Assembly (NCBI RefSeq): GCF_002105155.1
Contig: NW_019029008.1
Coordinates: forward strand, 1-64,000
Length of the DNA: 64,000 nt
Origin: Lobosporangium transversale
Taxonomy: Eukaryota
Direction of reading: 5' to 3'
The translations under genes were made by a program, and so were the position numbers. Of this stretch, positions 60,293 through 64,000 are shown piece by piece. The notes under the pieces were generated by a model. The model was not told where the DNA came from. It did not search any database and saw nothing but the letters and a program-made list of their open reading frames with translations. Numbering within the stretch: the first letter of the stretch is position 1; each line of letters begins with the position of its first letter.

Positions 60293-62882
60293 TTAAAAGT
60301 TCATAAAAGTACTCCTGCGCCAGAATGGATACCAGACGAGTGCTGAGCAGAACACGCCCAAAGTGATGGCTACGGATACATGAATCATAGTCAAGACAAA
60401 AACGAACCCTTGAGATGGATCACTTCCAATGATCGCCAAGATCCCTCGAACTCCCACACTCCCAGGCACCAACAACAAGACCCCACTCAACAATGGTACA
60501 TAACTCAACTGTCCTGTCAGTCGGCCATACAATTTACCCGTAATCCCAACACAGAAGGCAGCAATTGCTGCTGTAATCTGAGGTCCAGAACTCTTGAGGA
60601 ACAATGTGACCACAAACCCTACAGCTGTTACTAACGTCATCCCGAGCCATTGTCGAGGATGAGCATTGAACACAATATTGATGGATGCAGAGACTGCTGG
60701 GTAAATCAAGAAATACCACCATCGATCAATTGGATTTTGACATACTGAAACAGTGGTCTTGATAGAGCCGTGGGAGATCTAGTAATGTACCATATATATA
60801 AAAGCAACTGAATTGAGTTTTGAGGTCCATTGAAATGGATACTATTGTCATCAACACCTACGATAAAAAGAAAACCAGGCTTACATAATCCCACAGTTCT
60901 GCACCAATGGAGAGTCCAAACCCAAGAAAGAAAGCGTACATGAGTGCATAAAACATCCTCACTGCTCCAGAGACAATATTCCTGGACGATAATTCCATGA
61001 TGGCTTGCGTTAGGACCAGTCCAGGTAATAATACCACTATTCCTGCCAGCGCCACAGCAGAGAAACAGACCCGGTCCCCAAAGGCCTTGGCCACAAATCC
61101 CACCAAGATACTGGAAGTCATCTCAAAGACATTTCCATAGACTGGGAATTTGGAAGCCACGACAGCCAACATCCCTACCATTAATCCACAACATCCTGCC
61201 AAGAGCATATCCCAACCACCTCCATTAAACGCAAGGGGCGCTACAAATGCTGAAGATCCCATCCACCCCAACAATGTCAACCACAATGGATACATCCCCG
61301 GTTCTGATGTCAGCTGTTCTAAATCACGATTGGCTTTTTCAATTGGCATATGATCTTTAAGGACCGCAAGTGCGATCCGATGGACCTCCGCTAGCTTGTT
61401 CATATCCATGCCTTGGTTGCACTTTAAATGTCGAGTGTCACTTGTATGAGTCTCTGGGTCACTAAATGACACAGTCATACTTCCAGGTAGGAGTGCGAAC
61501 GATGCATCAACACTCATTTTCCTTGCCAAGAGCACACAAGTTTCTTCGATTCGATGAGAAGGTGCGCCATACAGAATGAGGGATTTTGCCATCATGATTA
61601 AGAATGATTGGCGACTCAGAATATCTGCAATATCACGATGGATAATTCTATTATCGAGGTCCTTAATATAGTGTTTCTTGCTTCTTTCTTTGGATGAATG
61701 AAGATGTGGATCATGGTCATTGTCGTTGCTACTTTCATGATGGAAGTGATGGCAATGGCAAGAGTGTAGAGTCTTTTTAGTCTCATCAAAAGCGAAAGAG
61801 TTGCGTGGAGAGACCTTGGGGGTGGTGGTAATGGAGGGCGACGCCGACTTGGATATACTCTTGCAATGTGTATCCGAGTTGTTTCTGGAGCGGTAATAGA
61901 GACCTTTTTTTGTTTTTTTGGGCATAAGACGCCTGACAGACGACCGATATTCATTTGACATAGGAGTGGATGATGTGGCATTTGCGGGTACAGCCACTGC
62001 GCTAGCTGCTGCTGCAACAGCAGCTTCAGTTTCATTGCGTTGTAGCTTTAAGAGATGACTAAGAACTCCTCCCTTGGATTTATTAAACCGACGATGAAGC
62101 CCCTCTTGACCCGATTGATCAACACCGTTGTAGTAGTCTTCTTCAAGATGTGTAGTAATGTTCTCCTGCCTCTTTTTTTCATCGTGATAGTCTTCTGGTG
62201 AAATCTCATCATGTTTTGAAGTGGGGTTAAAGTTTTCTTTTTCTTGCTCCACATATTTCAAATTTGCCTCGAGATCATCGTTGTCTCTCGCAGCTCTCTT
62301 ATCCTGATCCAGCTTATAGTTCCGTCTAACTGTGAAGGCTCGCTTGATCGATGCAAGTCTCGATTTATCGCTGCTACCATTTCCTCCTGGCTGTATTCCA
62401 GTTGCAATTGCATCTTCATCCCTGTCTCTGATGTCATTTGTTTTACTATCATTCATACTCGTGTCTCCCCCTGGGATTATTGTCATCTCTTGTAGTCTCT
62501 GTTGTTCTTGATGCTGCTGCTGCTGTTGTTGATGTATCAACGATGGCAATGGCACAGTACCCGAGAAACTGCCTAATAGGTCTGGATCTTGAATAGCTCT
62601 GGCATAGCGCTCGATACCCAGACTCAGTTTCCATAATTCAGTTTCAGAGAACCTCAACGGCGTCGATTCAAGAGTGGAGGAAGGAGATCCTGATGAGGCA
62701 AAAAGGACGGTAGCAGGTGTATGCAGTCTACTATCTTCGAAAGGACTAGAAGAGGGAAATGCAAAACCAGAGGATGTCCCTCCAAGCACCTCTGGACTGT
62801 TAAGTGCAATTGGTTGAATAGATTGGAGAAAGGATGTTGAAGTTGAAGTTGAAGTGGATGAGGAAGTGTCATCGCTTGTCAT
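60293..62882 (-). CDS. PRM10: Pheromone-regulated membrane protein 10 / ThrE-family transporter; 2 exons (62882-60885, 60779-60293)
   Basis: IADILSRQSFL..LILYGAPSHRIE, FSDPETHTS, VVLLPG, ELSSRNIVSGAVRMFYA, LLLVPG, VAITLGVF. Confidence 0.9.
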
Positions 62883-63775
62883 GATGTTAATGGTGATGGT
62901 GGTGGCGGTGGTAGTGATGATGTCTTTGGATACCAATGTGCGTGGACTAGTAGGAATAAAGGGTATAGAGTGGACAGTGAAGGATGTGGGTATGAGTAGT
63001 TGACAAGACAGACAGGAAAAAAAAAAAGTAATCGCTTAAATTCTTTATTTTATTTTAACTTTTTTTTTTTTTGCTATGATCTGAGGAACTTAAGAGGTAC
63101 CTGGGTCCTATTTTAAAAAGGGCCAAAAGGGCTATATGAAGCAATGTTTGTGCCACCAATGGTGTTTTTATTTTTTTTATTATTTTTTTTTTTTATTTTT
63201 TTTTATTTTTTTTTATTTTTTTTTGTTTATGGCAGTATTATATGCGAAGATTAACATGCCAGTTAGATCTTTATACATGTAAACGAGGGTGAGACCATTA
63301 AACTTCATAAACTTCTTATTAGACTTTTGTTGCTTGAATGGATGCAGAAAGCGGAGCTCCAAAAGGAGATACTTTTCTAACTTCTAAGGAATGTAATTGG
63401 TTGTTTTCAAAAGAGCATCATACGCTCGGAACCTGGGCCTTGACTGGACCAAGTAGATGTGTATATATTTACTACAATATGGATATAATAAACGCTAATC
63501 TGAGCTTCGTTCATGCACTAAAAGCCTAGAACAAGAAAAAAAAAAGAAAAAAAAAAGTGAATGAAGAAAGGAGGAAAGATATTCGATGTCCAAATGAGGC
63601 AAGCAATGGGATTACCTGTGTACCTGAAAAAATGTCCCACGGTGTACGGTGTGGATAGCAATTGCTTGAAAGATAATGAAGTGGCTTTTTTTTAATTCGA
63701 CTCCTGGAGGTTTCATTGTCAAAGGTCTCATGCATGTTCATTCAGCATTCATTCATCCAAGTAAATGACGATGTA

Positions 63776-64000
63776 TCTCGGCGCATTTCGGGCAACACTA
63801 AGACGAACGGGCAATTGTGCTTTTTCTACAGGGACAAGGCAAGGAGAACGAGTTTGGCTTTCCAATTTTTTTTTTTTTTTTTTTTTTTTTAAAAACAATT
63901 ATCATCGTTATGATAACTATTGTAATCAAAATAATTCAAAGCTAACTTTTACAAGTCCATCTGAAAACTATCAGGGTGTTGTTGGCTGGAAGACCCAAAA
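63776..64000. repeat. Dispersed degenerate repeat, copy 2 (homologous to 44039-44255; runs off the window edge)
   Basis: See copy 1. The minus strand shows an intron-like gttagc...cctgtag segment. Confidence 0.8.

Noticed and set aside
1..64000. tRNA, rRNA, snoRNA, CRISPR arrays and non-canonical (GC-AG, AT-AC) introns
   Set aside because: None recognised by eye, and all introns I traced were GT-AG. tRNAscan-SE and Infernal would be needed to exclude small RNAs.

Overview
Intron-rich fungal DNA with long A/T homopolymers; gene content and style suggest an early-diverging fungus such as Mortierellaceae (inference). The left half is gene-dense: a partial His-Pro-rich CDS, a TlpA-like thioredoxin, an LEA_2-like membrane protein, a Pro/Ser-rich membrane protein, copine, a 13-kb USP34-like deubiquitinase, a LisH-WD40 protein, DUG1 and TMEM18. 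Three consecutive minus-strand genes at 30.8-40.9 kb each carry lesions in conserved catalytic motifs. They are an intronless miniature Dicer derivative (Dicer_dimer + degenerate RNase IIIa + intact RNase IIIb, no helicase or dsRBD), a DUG3-like amidotransferase with a blocked N-terminal Cys and HNG->HHG, and a kinesin-6-like motor with a GKA P-loop. At 42.5-52.2 kb is a gene-poor island of secreted proteins: five beta-trefoil paralogs (2 intact, 3 decayed) around an anionic 8-Cys defensin. The right end holds an Atg22-like transporter, a 2.4-kb pogo-type transposon whose catalytic core (D2-D3) is internally inverted, an Aim32/Apd1-adrenodoxin double [2Fe-2S] fusion and PRM10. No rRNA, tRNA or CRISPR array was recognised. 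Exon boundaries and family assignments were made by eye, without database searches.
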